Part shown: positions 21,527-36,757 of the stretch, one piece after another
Layout: the number at the start of each line of letters is the position of its first letter
How positions within the stretch are numbered: position 1 is the first letter of the stretch
Notes under the pieces: generated by a model
The model's input: only the letters and a program-made list of their open reading frames with translations
Database searches by the model: none
What the model was told of the DNA's origin: nothing
Translations under genes and position numbers: made by a program
NCBI GenBank assembly: GCA_965215005.1
Contig: CBDCCZ010000032.1
Span: forward strand, 1-64,000
Direction: 5' to 3'
From: Kofleriaceae bacterium
GTDB lineage: Bacteria; Myxococcota_A; Polyangia; Haliangiales; Haliangiaceae
DNA: 64,000 nucleotides

Positions 21527-23980
21527 ATGGGGCGCCATCTGGCAATCGGCTTGGGACTTCTCGCGGCGCTCGCCGGCGAGCCCCGGGCGCGCGCCTATGA
21601 CTTCGAGTGGATTGGCCGGGTCGAGCTCGACGCCCAAGGACTGAGCTCGGAAAGCCCCAAGGAACGCCTCCAGGCGGTCCAGAAGCTCACGCACTACGAT
21701 ATCGAGCAGACCAAGGAGCACCTGCTAGCGGCGCTGCGCGATCCGGATCCCGCCGTGCGCCACGCTGCCGGCCGCGTCCTCGGCCGCAAAGGCGCCACCG
21801 AGGCGGCTGCAGTGGTCATCGAGTGGCTCACCGATCCCTCGAGCGCCACCAAACAGGAGGCCGCCGACATCCTAGGCGAGCTGGGAGGGCCTGCCGCGAC
21901 CGCCGCACTGATCCGCTCGCTTGGCGACGTCGACCCCGCGGTCCGGCTACGCGCGGCGCGGGCGCTCGGTGCCATTGGCGGCGCAGCGGTGATCGTGCCG
22001 CTCATCGGTCGGCTCGAGGACGACAAATCCGAGGTGCGGCGTACTGCCATCGAGCAGCTCGAGCAGCTCGGTGATTCGCGCGCGGTCATCCCGCTCGTGG
22101 GCGCCTTCGAAGATCCCTCGGTCGAGGTGCGCAAGGCGGCGGTGTTGGCCGTGGGTCACCTCGGTGATAGCGCCGCGGTGCCCGCGCTGGTGCGGCTGTT
22201 GCGCGATCCGCTCGAAGACATTCAGATCAACGCGGTCACCTCGCTAGGCAACCTCCGCGCCGCCGATGCCGTCGATGCGCTGGTCGAGGTCTTCGGCAGC
22301 GGCAGCGAGCACTTCAACGCCAAAGTGGCGTATGCACTCGGCCAAATCGCCAAGCAGGCCGCTGCGCAAACCGCGAAAACGGCCCTTCGCGCGCTGGTCG
22401 AAGCGCTCGCGGATGGCCGCCTGCGCAGCGGCGCACGCGAGGCGTTGCGCAATGCGGGTCGGCGCGCGGTGCCGGCGCTGATCGCGCATCTTCGCGGTGA
22501 CATCGGCGGCGATCCGGGCGCCGCGGTGGTGCTACTCGCAGAGCTGGGCGATCCGCGCGCTACCGAGGTGCTGATCGATGAGCTCGAGCGGGGCCGGCTG
22601 CCGCGCGAAACCGTGCTAGCCGCGCTGGGTCGAACGGGTGACGAGCGCGCGCTGGTGCCGGTGCTGGGGCTGCTTTCCTCGAGCGACGCAGCGGTGCGCA
22701 GAATGGCCATGGAAGCGCTGCGTCCGCTAATTACTGCCGATTCAAGAGCGGCGGATGTGCTGGTCGATAGGCTCGTCGATCCCGAGCTCGAGATTCGGGT
22801 TTTAGCGGCCGAGTACCTCGGGCTCACGCGCGCCAAAAGCGCCGTCGACGCGCTGATCATCGCCGCGCGCGGCGGCCACGAGGGTCGGCTGCGCTTGGCC
22901 GCCATCGATGCGTTGGGCGAGATCGGCGATGCCCGCGCGGTGCCGACACTGCTCGAGACGCTCAAAGACGGCCCTTCGCAGCTGTTTGCAGCGGCCGCCA
23001 AAGCGTTGGTCTACATCGCCCACGAGCCCTCGATGGCGGCCCTTGCTACGCTTGCCGCCGCGCCGCAAGCGCCCGCTCGGCTGCACGCGATCCGCGCGCT
23101 CACCGGCGTGCTTCGCGGTCGCCAGCACGACGAGATTCGCGCCCTGCTAGAGCGTCTGGCCACCGATGACCAGCTGCCGGTCAGCTTGGCGGCGATCGAG
23201 GCGCTCGGTGCGATGAAGGGGCGCGATAGCAGCGACACGTTGTTGGCGCTGGCGCGTTCGCACAGCCCCGACCGGCGCCGGGCGGCGATCACCGCGCTGG
23301 GCAATACCGGCGCCAACGAGGCGGTCCCAGCGCTGCTCGCGGCGCTACGCTGGAGCGACGATCGCGTCAGTGGCGACGCCGCCTGGGCCCTGGCCAAGCT
23401 CGCCGATCCGCGGGCCATCCCGGTGCTGCAAGAGGCCGCGAGAGGCCGGCGCTGGGCGACCGCCATCAATGCAACCGCGGCGCTCGCCCAGATGGCCGCA
23501 CGGGAGAACGCGGAGTCGCTGCGCGCGCTGCTGGGGCACCGCAACCGACTGGTGCGCATCAACGCCGCGACCGGGCTCGGCAGAGCCGGCGGCGAGGAGG
23601 CAGTGGCAGCGTTGGCGCGCACCGCCCGTCGAGACCGCAGTCCCGCTGTTCGCGCCGCCGCCGCGCGCGCGCTGCGACGCATTGGTGGCATCGCGGCCCG
23701 CCGTGCCCTCGCCGCCGTCGCGCGCGATCGCGATGAGCAGGTCCGCGAAGCTGCCAGCGGCGGCAGCTTCACGCCTCCGCCACGCAGCGACTGGCGTAGT
23801 TTCTACGTCGTTGATCCCACCAGCGATGGCGCCCCGGTCGAGCAAGAGCCCTACTTCATCATCGCCAGCGACGGTCTGGTCACCGCCTACTACACCGACG
23901 CCCGCGGCAGCTTCGGCGAAGAGCAGTTTCCTGCTGGCCCCGCGGTACGCGCCCCGAAATCGCGCACCGACCAGCAGTAG
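21527..23980 (+). CDS. Exported HEAT-repeat protein
   Basis: Signal peptide (..ARA/YD) and many L.D....VR..AA.ALG..G repeats. Confidence 0.88.
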   Translation: MGRHLAIGLGLLAALAGEPRARAYDFEWIGRVELDAQGLSSESPKERLQAVQKLTHYDIEQTKEHLLAALRDPDPAVRHAAGRVLGRKGATEAAAVVIEWLTDPSSATKQEAADILGELGGPAATAALIRSLGDVDPAVRLRAARALGAIGGAAVIVPLIGRLEDDKSEVRRTAIEQLEQLGDSRAVIPLVGAFEDPSVEVRKAAVLAVGHLGDSAAVPALVRLLRDPLEDIQINAVTSLGNLRAADAVDALVEVFGSGSEHFNAKVAYALGQIAKQAAAQTAKTALRALVEALADGRLRSGAREALRNAGRRAVPALIAHLRGDIGGDPGAAVVLLAELGDPRATEVLIDELERGRLPRETVLAALGRTGDERALVPVLGLLSSSDAAVRRMAMEALRPLITADSRAADVLVDRLVDPELEIRVLAAEYLGLTRAKSAVDALIIAARGGHEGRLRLAAIDALGEIGDARAVPTLLETLKDGPSQLFAAAAKALVYIAHEPSMAALATLAAAPQAPARLHAIRALTGVLRGRQHDEIRALLERLATDDQLPVSLAAIEALGAMKGRDSSDTLLALARSHSPDRRRAAITALGNTGANEAVPALLAALRWSDDRVSGDAAWALAKLADPRAIPVLQEAARGRRWATAINATAALAQMAARENAESLRALLGHRNRLVRINAATGLGRAGGEEAVAALARTARRDRSPAVRAAAARALRRIGGIAARRALAAVARDRDEQVREAASGGSFTPPPRSDWRSFYVVDPTSDGAPVEQEPYFIIASDGLVTAYYTDARGSFGEEQFPAGPAVRAPKSRTDQQ

Positions 23981-24018
23981 CTGCGCAAAGCGCTCACCCG
24001 GGAGGCAAGCGTCGCTCG

Positions 24019-24816
24019 TTAAGCCTGGGTCGCGGGCGTCGCTTTGACGTCCTGGAGCCAGGTGTGAATGTCGTGGCAGACGCGCTCCCAGCCGGGCTCG
24101 GCCAACGTGTAGTGCGAGCGGCCGTCATATTCGAGATAGTCCGTGCGCGCTGCAGAACGGGCGTAGCGGCGATGATTGGCGCGAGTCATGTCAGCTGTGA
24201 TAGTTCGGTCGGCGCCTCCTCCAATGAGGAGGAGTGGCCCGCGGGCCGCGCCGAAGTCGATCGACAAGCTCGGTTTGAACAAGGCGAGAGCCGCTTGAAA
24301 GAACAACCGCCCGGACGAAGGCACCACGAACCGCTCGTAGTGCTCGGCTTTGTCGGCGTCGGGCAGGCCGTTGGCGAAGTCCTTCCCGAAGGTCGCGGGG
24401 GACATGCAGACGACCTTTTTCCAAGCCCCCCACTGCAGCAACACCTCGGAGCTGGCAGCGACGGCCCGCAAGCTCGGCAGCACGCCGCGAGGCGGCGCAG
24501 GATGTATGGCGACGCCGGCCTTGCCCAGCCCTTGCGCCAGGAGCATCTGGACGAATAGGCCTCCGAAGGAGTGGCCGATGAGGATCGGAGGCTCTGGCAG
24601 CTGCCGAATGAACGCGGCGTAGTGATCGACGATATCGTGAATACCGAGGGTTGCCAGGGCCTGCGGAGGATTAGCACGCAGCGCCGGCGGCTCGTCATCG
24701 AGATGCGGCCAACACGGCGCCGAGCACGTGTAGCCAGCGTCGGAGAAGAAGGCACGATAGGTGTGCCAACATGCGCCGTTGACCCAGGCGCCATGGATGA
24801 AGACGATAGCGGTCAT
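24019..24816 (-). CDS. Alpha/beta hydrolase
   Basis: FIHGAW, GHSFGG nucleophile elbow, GGADRT and RSH motifs. Confidence 0.88.
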   Translation of the reverse strand: MTAIVFIHGAWVNGACWHTYRAFFSDAGYTCSAPCWPHLDDEPPALRANPPQALATLGIHDIVDHYAAFIRQLPEPPILIGHSFGGLFVQMLLAQGLGKAGVAIHPAPPRGVLPSLRAVAASSEVLLQWGAWKKVVCMSPATFGKDFANGLPDADKAEHYERFVVPSSGRLFFQAALALFKPSLSIDFGAARGPLLLIGGGADRTITADMTRANHRRYARSAARTDYLEYDGRSHYTLAEPGWERVCHDIHTWLQDVKATPATQA

Positions 24817-24887
24817 CCCGCGGACCGTAGCACCGAGGCGGGCCATGCCTCCTTTGAATAGCGCTGCGATGACGCTGCCGCTGGGTG

Positions 24888-25535
24888 CTACGCGGCGCGG
24901 CGGATGCCGTAATCGCGCGCAGCGTAATCGTGCAGCGCGGCTTCGAGCTGGCGGCGGGCGCGAAATAAGCGGCTCATCACGGTTCCGACCGGCACCTCGA
25001 GCTGCGCCGCGATGTCGCGATAGCGGACGCCGTGCAGGTCGGCGAGCTCGATCACCTTGCGGTAATCGTCGCTGAGCGCGGCGAGCGCGGCGGTCACCTC
25101 ATCGCCCAGCGACTGCGCAACCAGCCGCGCGCGCGCGTCTGCAGCGTCGGCGGGGCCGTGAAAGGTCGCCGCGGCTTCCTCAGGGCGCTCTTGCACGAAG
25201 CGCTGCTGGCGACGCTGTTTGCGATAGATGTTGATGAAGCTGTTGGTGAGGATGCGCAGCAGCCAGCCGCGACAGTTGGAGCCCGCGACGAAGCGGCTCC
25301 AGGCCTGGTAGGCGCGCAACAGCGTCTCTTGCACCAGATCCGCGGCGTCGTCGGGCGACCGGGTGAGTCGCATCGCGTGGGCATGCAGCTCCTGGCGATG
25401 CGGCAGGCAGCAAGCATCGAAGTCGGCGGTGTCGTTCACCACCGACAGTGCCGCGCGGGCCGCTCGCGGCGGCGGCCGTCGCGAGCGGGTTCGGGGGCCA
25501 GGAGACGCGGGCAAGCAGCGAGCGGTGGCGTTCAT
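24888..25535 (-). CDS. ECF sigma-70 factor
   Basis: DAADLVQETLLRAY, WLLRILTNSFIN and YRDIA..L.VPVGTVMSRLFRAR motifs. Confidence 0.93.
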   Translation of the reverse strand: MNATARCLPASPGPRTRSRRPPPRAARAALSVVNDTADFDACCLPHRQELHAHAMRLTRSPDDAADLVQETLLRAYQAWSRFVAGSNCRGWLLRILTNSFINIYRKQRRQQRFVQERPEEAAATFHGPADAADARARLVAQSLGDEVTAALAALSDDYRKVIELADLHGVRYRDIAAQLEVPVGTVMSRLFRARRQLEAALHDYAARDYGIRRAA

Positions 25536-25661
25536 ACCCGCAGCAATAGCAACGGCAGTGCCACGGGATGGGTTGCCTCAAATCCCTGTAATGATTAAGC
25601 ATATTTCCAGGTGCGGCGGCCTAGACACATGCGTCGTTGCCAGCGTGACGCGGCGTCGCTG

Positions 25662-27230
25662 TCAACGGGACAAGCCGACGGCCGCGCTCGCGCTTGCACC
25701 CTCGTCACCGCGGGCGTCGAGCTCGCGCAGGGCCAGTGGCACCGCTTCGATGAGGTCGCTGGCGGTCACGCTGCGGTCGCCGAGGCGCTCACCGGCGAGC
25801 TCGCCGGCGCGGCCGTGCACGTACACCGCCACCCGCGCCGCATCCGCTGCGCTGGCGCCTTGCGCCAGCATGGCCGCGACCATCCCAGTCAAGACGTCAC
25901 CGGCGCCCGCGGTGGCCAAGGCAGCGCTGGCGGTCGGATTGACGCTGACCACGCCTTCAGGGCCGTCGCAGACCAGCGTTCGCGCGCCCTTGAGCACCAC
26001 CACCGCCCGCGCCGCGGAGGCGAGTCGCCGCACTGCCGAGAAGCGGTCGGCTTCGATGTCGGCGGTCGAGCAGGCGAGCAGTCGTGCTGCCTCGCCCGGA
26101 TGCGGCGTCAGCACCACCGGCGCACGCGCCGCGGCCACAGGATTCAAGTCGCTGCCGAGGTGGTTGAGCGCATCGGCGTCGAGGACCATTGGCAGCGTCA
26201 GCTCGGCGAGCGCACCGAGCACCCAAGAACGCCCGCCAGCGTCGGTGGGCATGCCGGGGCCCATGGCCAGCGCCTGCTTGCCGCTCGCGAGCGTGCGCAG
26301 CTGCGAGAGTGGCTCGCGGCCCATGTCGATGGCCGCGGTCATTACGGGATCGGGTGCGTCGGGCTCGTCACCGGCGCTCGCCAAGGTCACCACGCCGGCG
26401 CCGCCGCGCAGCGCCGCCCACGCGCTCAGGCGGGCCGCGCCACGTTTTCCCGGCGAACCGGCGACCACCAACGCGTGACCGCGCGAGCCTTTGTGATCCG
26501 TCGGCCGCACGGGCGGCAGCTGGGCGCAGGCGTCACTGACCTCGTACAGCCCTGCCCGCACCTGCCTGCGGCGCGCGAGCTCGGGCGGGATGCCGATGTC
26601 GGCCACTCGCACGTCGCCGCAGTGCAAAAACCCCGGCGACGATACCTGCGCGATCTTCAAGAACCCCATGGTGATGGTCACGTCGGCCGCCACGCAGACA
26701 CCGAGGACCTCGCCGGTATCGCTGCGTAGCCCGCTGGGAAGATCCACCGCCACTCGCCGACCCGGGCACCGCGCCATCCGCGTCAGCACCGCCCGGTAGT
26801 GGCCCTGGACCTGGCGGTCGAGCCCGGTCCCGAAGACTGCGTCCACCAGCACGTCGGCGCGATCGATGAGATGACCGTGCAGCGCCAGCGCCTCGGCGTC
26901 GGCGATCGACACGCAGACGCCGCCAATGGCGTCGTAAACCTGGCGATGAAGAGCCGCATCACCGCGGATCTTGCTCGCGTCGCCAGCGAGCAGCGCCGTC
27001 ACTCGGCTGCCTGCAGCGTGCAGACAGCGGGCAATCACCCAGCCGTCGCCGCCGTTGTTGCCGGTGCCGCAGACCACCACCGCCAGCCCCCCCGGCGGCA
27101 GCAGCTCCGACACCGCCTCGGCCACGGCGCGCCCCGCGTTTTCCATCAACACGATGCCCGGCAGCCCGACCTCATCGATGGTCGCGCGGTCGAGCGCGCG
27201 CATTTCCTCCGCCGTCAGGACGTAACGCAT
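25662..27230 (-). CDS. nnr: Bifunctional NAD(P)HX epimerase/dehydratase (YjeF)
   Basis: LMENAG, GNNGGDG, VDAVFGTG, HKGSRG, DADAL, TPHPGE and AGAGDVL motifs. Confidence 0.93.
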   Translation of the reverse strand: MRYVLTAEEMRALDRATIDEVGLPGIVLMENAGRAVAEAVSELLPPGGLAVVVCGTGNNGGDGWVIARCLHAAGSRVTALLAGDASKIRGDAALHRQVYDAIGGVCVSIADAEALALHGHLIDRADVLVDAVFGTGLDRQVQGHYRAVLTRMARCPGRRVAVDLPSGLRSDTGEVLGVCVAADVTITMGFLKIAQVSSPGFLHCGDVRVADIGIPPELARRRQVRAGLYEVSDACAQLPPVRPTDHKGSRGHALVVAGSPGKRGAARLSAWAALRGGAGVVTLASAGDEPDAPDPVMTAAIDMGREPLSQLRTLASGKQALAMGPGMPTDAGGRSWVLGALAELTLPMVLDADALNHLGSDLNPVAAARAPVVLTPHPGEAARLLACSTADIEADRFSAVRRLASAARAVVVLKGARTLVCDGPEGVVSVNPTASAALATAGAGDVLTGMVAAMLAQGASAADAARVAVYVHGRAGELAGERLGDRSVTASDLIEAVPLALRELDARGDEGASASAAVGLSR

Positions 27231-27283
27231 GCCTCAGTATGCGCCCACCCGCGCGCCAATGCCTGGCGCCGCCCTAGTGCGGC

Positions 27284-28647
<1,364 letters not shown>

Positions 28648-28806
28648 GAAGTCCTGTGTAGCGCGAGCCTCGGCTGCAATTCCACCGCCGCCTGGCGATT
28701 CTCGCGCGCCGCCCCCCGACGACAGCCGCCCGACAGCGCCCTTCCCCGACCTCCGGGACGTCGTGATGCCGCTCTCTCGCGCCCCGTCTTGCGGGCGCGC
28801 CGGCAA

Positions 28807-29852
28807 TCACGGCTCGCGCGGTGAGGGGCTATCTGCCCGTATCGGTTGGAGCGTGACTTGCTTGGGGATGGTTTCGAAGCCGACGCCGTCTGGGGGATTG
28901 TCGATGGCGACGTCGGCGCTGCGGGGCTTTCGGCGCGCGAGGTCTTCGGCAAACACCTTCACCACCGGCGTGATGGCGTCGCCAAGCGCGTCCACGGCGT
29001 TGCGCGAGCCTCGCACGACTACCATCACTTGGCCGGGGTCGGTTTCGAAGCCGCGAATCGGCTGCTCGACCTCGGAGCCGGCGCGGATCGAAACCGGCAG
29101 CGGACCGAGGGTGCGAGTGATGAGCTCTTCGGCGAGCTCGACCTCGACCTTGGCCACGGCGGTCTCGATGATTTCCACGTACTGCTCGGGAGAGACGATA
29201 CGAATGATGTCGGTGAAGTCTTCGCTGCGGCCATCGAGGCGCAGCTCCTGCGTCCGCACGCTGCTGATCGCTTTGACGACGCCTTCGGCGCCCCGAATGG
29301 TGACCGTCGAGGGCGTCACCACCGTTCGCTCGACCTTGTAGCCGCGCTTGGGAAACCCGCTGGTAGCGACCGTCACCGGCACCACCTTTTCCGCGCGCTG
29401 CTCGAAGTTGACGCGGATGGCGCGCGGATTGAGCGCGAGCACCTTGAGCCCTGGGGGCAACCGAATCATGTCTTCGGTAAAGGTGTACTCGCCTCCGGAA
29501 CGAAGATTGGTCAAGTCGACGTTGATTCGCTCCAGCTCACGCTCATCGAACTCTTTGATGCGCCGCCACGAGCCGCGCACGGTGACGTCGATCTCGGAAG
29601 CGGGCTCCGAGGTCAGGACCTTGTCGCGCGGCAACGTATAGCTCACGCCGACGCCGGCGGTGATGACCACGTCTTTGTCACTGTTGACCAGAAAGAACAT
29701 CGCCACCGCGAGCACGAAGGCGACGAACTTGAGCCGCTTGTTGTCGGTGAGCGCACGCCGCATCGTTCGCCGCGCAGTCTCGACGAGCGACTCGGCCTCG
29801 CCGCGCTCGCCTCGCTCGCCTCGCGTCGGCAGCCGCGTCGGATCGGTGGTGC

Positions 29853-29856
<4 letters not shown>
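28807..29856 (-). CDS. cdaR: CdaR/YbbR-like cyclase regulator
   Basis: N-terminal TM ([16 protein letters not shown]) plus YbbR-type beta repeats (P..VTIRG); lies between cdaA and glmM. Confidence 0.85.
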
Positions 29857-30811
<955 letters not shown>

Positions 30812-30815
<4 letters not shown>

Positions 30816-31663
30816 GCCCCGCCCATGACTATAGCGTGGTACACGCGCAGGGCGGGACGGAGCAACGCCACGTTGTGCACCCGTGCAAGGTGCGCCCCAG
30901 CGCCAAACGCCGCGAGCGCTGCTCCTACGGTGGCTGCGTCGCGCGCCAACATGTCGTTCGCTGCGGCGTGCGCGGCGGCGGTGACGAACCGCTTGCGCGA
31001 CGGCCCCACCATCACCGGGCATCGCAGCGCCGCCGCCAGCTCACCACTGCGCCGACACAACGCCAGGTTCATCGCCGCGCTCTTGCCGAACCCCAACCCG
31101 GGGTCGACGATGACGCGGCTGCGCAAGCTCTCTGGCAGCCGCGCGACCACCGCGCCGAGCTCGACCACCACCTCGTCGTAACCCACCGCATCATCACCAC
31201 CGTGAATGGCCGCGATACTGTCGCCCCGCGCGTGGCCGAGGATGACCGCCGCGTCGGCGCTCGCGGCGACCTCGAGAATGCGCGGCTCGAAGTGCCCGCC
31301 GGAGATGTCGTTGATGAGCTCGGCCCCGGCTTCGACGGCCGCTCTGGCGACCTCCGCCTTGGTCGTATCCACGGAAATCGGCACGCCGCATCGCGCCGCC
31401 AACACCTCGATGATGCCCACCACCCGCTGCCGCTCAATGCGAGCATCCACCGCGGTCGCGCCGGGACGAGTCGACTCGCCGCCGACGTCGAGTACATCGG
31501 CGCCGGCTTCGATCAGCGCCTCGGCTTGTGCGAGCGCTGCATCGAGCTGCAAATAGCGCCCGCCATCGGAGAACGAATCCGGCGTGGCGTTGACGACGCC
31601 GCAGATATACGGCGCCGTCCAATCAAAGGTGCGCTGGCGAAAGTGAATTGGCGGCAGGCCCAC
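30812..31663 (-). CDS. folP: Dihydropteroate synthase
   Basis: NATPDSFSDGG, GGESTRPG, INDISGG, DPGLGFGK, SRKRF and RVH motifs. Confidence 0.96.
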
Positions 31664-31674
31664 CGGGGCTCCGC

Positions 31675-33618
<1,944 letters not shown>

Positions 33619-33744
33619 ACTAAACCGCCTTAGCGAGAAGAGAGCCAGAGCCCGCCGAGCGTGCGCACGCCCGGGCGCAAGTATACCTGCAGAGCCCCGT
33701 CCGACCAGGTCGCAGCGCTCTTCCAGAACAAAGCCAAACTTCAG

Positions 33745-35004
33745 TCAATCCGATACCTTGTTGATAGCGGTGGCAGCCGAGTGCGTCAAGGTGACGCGGA
33801 TGCCGCTGCCGAAAGCGGGCCCGATGTGCTCGGCCCAGGCAATCTCCCCGTCAGCGACGCGAGTCACAACCACGGCGCTCGCCCGCGCGCCGCGCGGAAT
33901 CTTGGCGTCGATGAATAAGTCGCTGAGCTTGCGAGAGCGGCCGACCAGACGCGCGGGGCGCATGCGGTCGCCCGACTGCCACTTGCGCACCAGGTAGGGC
34001 CCGTCGTCGCCGTGGACGTTTACCAGCGGCGCTGCGGCGCTGCTCACGTTGGGTGCGCCGCCACCGAGGACAAAGCGCAGCCGGTCATATTCTCGCACCG
34101 CGGTGCCCCGCGGCAGGCTTACCGCCGCGCTTCCCGCCGCAGGCACCCGCCCCAGCGTGGCGAGCGCCTGCCGATGACGCGCCGTAAGCGGCCCGAGCCC
34201 CGCATCCTCGGCGGCTCGAGCGAGGGCCGCGTTGGCCACCGCCGGCGGGACCTGGGCGAGGGCGGCCAACTCGAGCGCGCCATCGCGGCGCGCCGATGCC
34301 AGCGCGGCCTCGACCGCCCACGCCAGCACCTCGACCTGCTCGCGCGCCGCGCTCGCCAGCCGGCACAGGGCCGACTCCAGCGCCGGATTCTCGTTCGCGA
34401 GCTCGGGGAGCCAACGCTTCCGCACCCGCACCCGAAAAAATCGCGAGTCGCCGTTCATTGAATCTTGCACCACCTCGAGTTGCGCAGCGGCGACGTAGCT
34501 GTCGATTTCCGTCCGCGTGGTCGTGAGCAAGGGTCGGCAATAGCGACCGCGCCGTGACGGGATCGCCGCGAGCCCGGCCACTCCACTGCCGCGGAGGATG
34601 CGCATCAGCACGGTTTCGGCTTGGTCCGAGGCGGTGTGGGCGAGCAGAACGACGTCGAGGCGATAGTCGCGCGCGGCCTGCTCGAACGCCGCGTAGCGCG
34701 CGCGACGTGCGGCATCTTCGAGCGAAGCGCCGCGATCCACCGTGACCGATAGACACGCAAACCCTGCGCCTCGCGCCAGCCTCTCGACCAGCGCTGCCTC
34801 GCTCGCGGTGCCGGCGCGCAAGCCGTGGTCGACGTACAACAGAGTGACCGGGCCGAGCGCGCCGCGGCTCCGCAACGCCAACGTCGCATCGGCGAGCACC
34901 GCCGAGTCGGGACCGCCTGAGCAGCCGACGCCGACGCGGGCGTCCTCGCCCACGCCAAGCGCCGCCAGCGCTTCGGCAACCCGCTTTCGGATGGACTCGA
35001 CCAC
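33745..35004 (-). CDS. tilS: tRNA(Ile) lysidine synthetase
   Basis: SGGPDS PP-loop, VDHGLR, ARRARY, AHTASDQAET and RPLL; start trimmed to GTG 35004. Confidence 0.93.
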   Translation of the reverse strand: MVESIRKRVAEALAALGVGEDARVGVGCSGGPDSAVLADATLALRSRGALGPVTLLYVDHGLRAGTASEAALVERLARGAGFACLSVTVDRGASLEDAARRARYAAFEQAARDYRLDVVLLAHTASDQAETVLMRILRGSGVAGLAAIPSRRGRYCRPLLTTTRTEIDSYVAAAQLEVVQDSMNGDSRFFRVRVRKRWLPELANENPALESALCRLASAAREQVEVLAWAVEAALASARRDGALELAALAQVPPAVANAALARAAEDAGLGPLTARHRQALATLGRVPAAGSAAVSLPRGTAVREYDRLRFVLGGGAPNVSSAAAPLVNVHGDDGPYLVRKWQSGDRMRPARLVGRSRKLSDLFIDAKIPRGARASAVVVTRVADGEIAWAEHIGPAFGSGIRVTLTHSAATAINKVSD

Positions 35005-35031
35005 GACCCAATGATAGGCATCGAGCCGCGT

Positions 35032-36717
35032 ATGGCCACCGACGAACGAGTCTCCGCCGACGCGCCTCTCACCCGGTTGCGCTCGGCTCTCGCCGGACCG
35101 CAAGGGTATGAGCGCGTCGATGCTCTGCTCTCTGCCGACGATCCCGCCGCTGCCGTGGGCGCGCTGTCGGTCCCGGATCTGTATCTGCTGGTCCGGCAGG
35201 TTGGCTTTGCCGACGCGCAAGACCTCTTGGCACTAGCAAGTCCGACGCAGCTTCGCGGCTGCATCGACCTCGACATTTGGGATCGCGATGGTCTGGCGCT
35301 GCCCAAGCTCGAACCGTGGTTGACGGCGTTGGTCGAAGCGGGCTTCGAGCGACTCGGCGAGGTGTGGGCCCGGCTCGACCCGGAGCTCACCGCCCTCTAT
35401 TTGGCGCGCCACACGGTGATCTACGACCTCAGTCAGGACGAGGAACCCGACGACTCCGACGACCGCCCGGTGGTCCTAACACCCGATACCTTCTTCGCGC
35501 TCAAGCTTCTCGACGACCGCCACGACAGCGCGCAGCTCGTGCACCGCATCATCGACGATCTGTATCGCGCCGATCTGGCCCTGGCGCGTCACACGATTCT
35601 TTCGGCCAAAACCGAGCCCCTGGCCTACCTCGAGGAAATGAGCTACCGCTGGCGCTCTGGGCGCATGGCCGACCTTGGCTACGTGGAGTACCACGAGGCG
35701 CTCGAGGTATTTCGGCCGCTCGATCCCAGTCACGTCCGGATCGGTGAGGGCAGCGAAGATCGCTTCGGCGACATCGTCGAGGGCGACGAGGTCCTGTCGC
35801 CCAGAAATATGCCGGCGCCGGTGGCGGAGCACGCCATGGGGCGCAGTTTTCTGGCCCGCGCCCTCGACCGCGTCACCGAGCTCGAGCACGCCGAGCGCCT
35901 CGAGATGGCGCTGATGGTTCTCGTCAATAAGGTGCTCGCCGCCGCCCGCGTCAGCCCCGGCGACGAGGAAGTGCTCCGGCTCGGGGCCGATCACGCCACC
36001 GCCACGTTGGCACTTGGCTTGGAAACGGTGAGTCGCGGCGACGTCGACCGCGCTGCCGAGGCGCTGCGCACGGTGTCGCTCACGCGACTGCACCGCGCCG
36101 GCTATACGGTGACGATGCGGCTCGGTCGGTTGGCGCGAGCGCTCGCGCCGCGGTCGACCACCGCTGGAAGTCCCGCTGACGCGGTTTTAGCAGCGCTGAC
36201 GCGGTTGCGGCCGTTTTTTGCCCGCGAGCTCGAAGTACCTCCCGGCGAGGGACCGCGGCCCATCGAGTCGCTCGCCGACGTCCGCTGCATCGCCGCAGAG
36301 CTCACTCGCCTGGCGTTGCGCATTGCCGTCGCCGAGGCCCTCGGCATCGATCTCCTCGCCATGGCGGAAAAGCCCGAGCCGCGCCCGGAGCTCGACGATC
36401 ACGCCCGCACCGCCCTCGCCCGCGCCCTCGCCGGCGGCGAAGCCACCAGCGCGCCGCTGAGCACCGCCGACATCGCTGGCTTGCGAAGTCGCGCCTTCCT
36501 GGGCAAGCAGCTCTCCACCGCCGCCCGCGACAGCGCCAGCCGTGCCCTGCTCCTGGCTCTGGATCGCGCCAACGTCGTCGCCGGCCGGGAGCTCTTGCCC
36601 CCGCTCATGGAACGCTGGCTCGACGACCTCGAGTCCTCGTTCGCCGCCCTTCCCCCGGGCACCGACCCCGACCCGCGCTTCTTCACCGGCGTCCTCCTCG
36701 ACCGCGCCCTCTCCTGA
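35032..36717 (+). CDS. Conserved hypothetical protein, DUF6178-like
   Basis: DLYLLV.QVG..DA..LL.LAS..Q.....DLD.W.RD and LEE..YRWRSGRMADLGY match the DUF6178 pattern as recalled. Confidence 0.7.
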   Translation: MATDERVSADAPLTRLRSALAGPQGYERVDALLSADDPAAAVGALSVPDLYLLVRQVGFADAQDLLALASPTQLRGCIDLDIWDRDGLALPKLEPWLTALVEAGFERLGEVWARLDPELTALYLARHTVIYDLSQDEEPDDSDDRPVVLTPDTFFALKLLDDRHDSAQLVHRIIDDLYRADLALARHTILSAKTEPLAYLEEMSYRWRSGRMADLGYVEYHEALEVFRPLDPSHVRIGEGSEDRFGDIVEGDEVLSPRNMPAPVAEHAMGRSFLARALDRVTELEHAERLEMALMVLVNKVLAAARVSPGDEEVLRLGADHATATLALGLETVSRGDVDRAAEALRTVSLTRLHRAGYTVTMRLGRLARALAPRSTTAGSPADAVLAALTRLRPFFARELEVPPGEGPRPIESLADVRCIAAELTRLALRIAVAEALGIDLLAMAEKPEPRPELDDHARTALARALAGGEATSAPLSTADIAGLRSRAFLGKQLSTAARDSASRALLLALDRANVVAGRELLPPLMERWLDDLESSFAALPPGTDPDPRFFTGVLLDRALS

Positions 36718-36757
36718 GCTCGGCTTGCAGCACAGGTTCAGCGAACGATGTTCCGCA

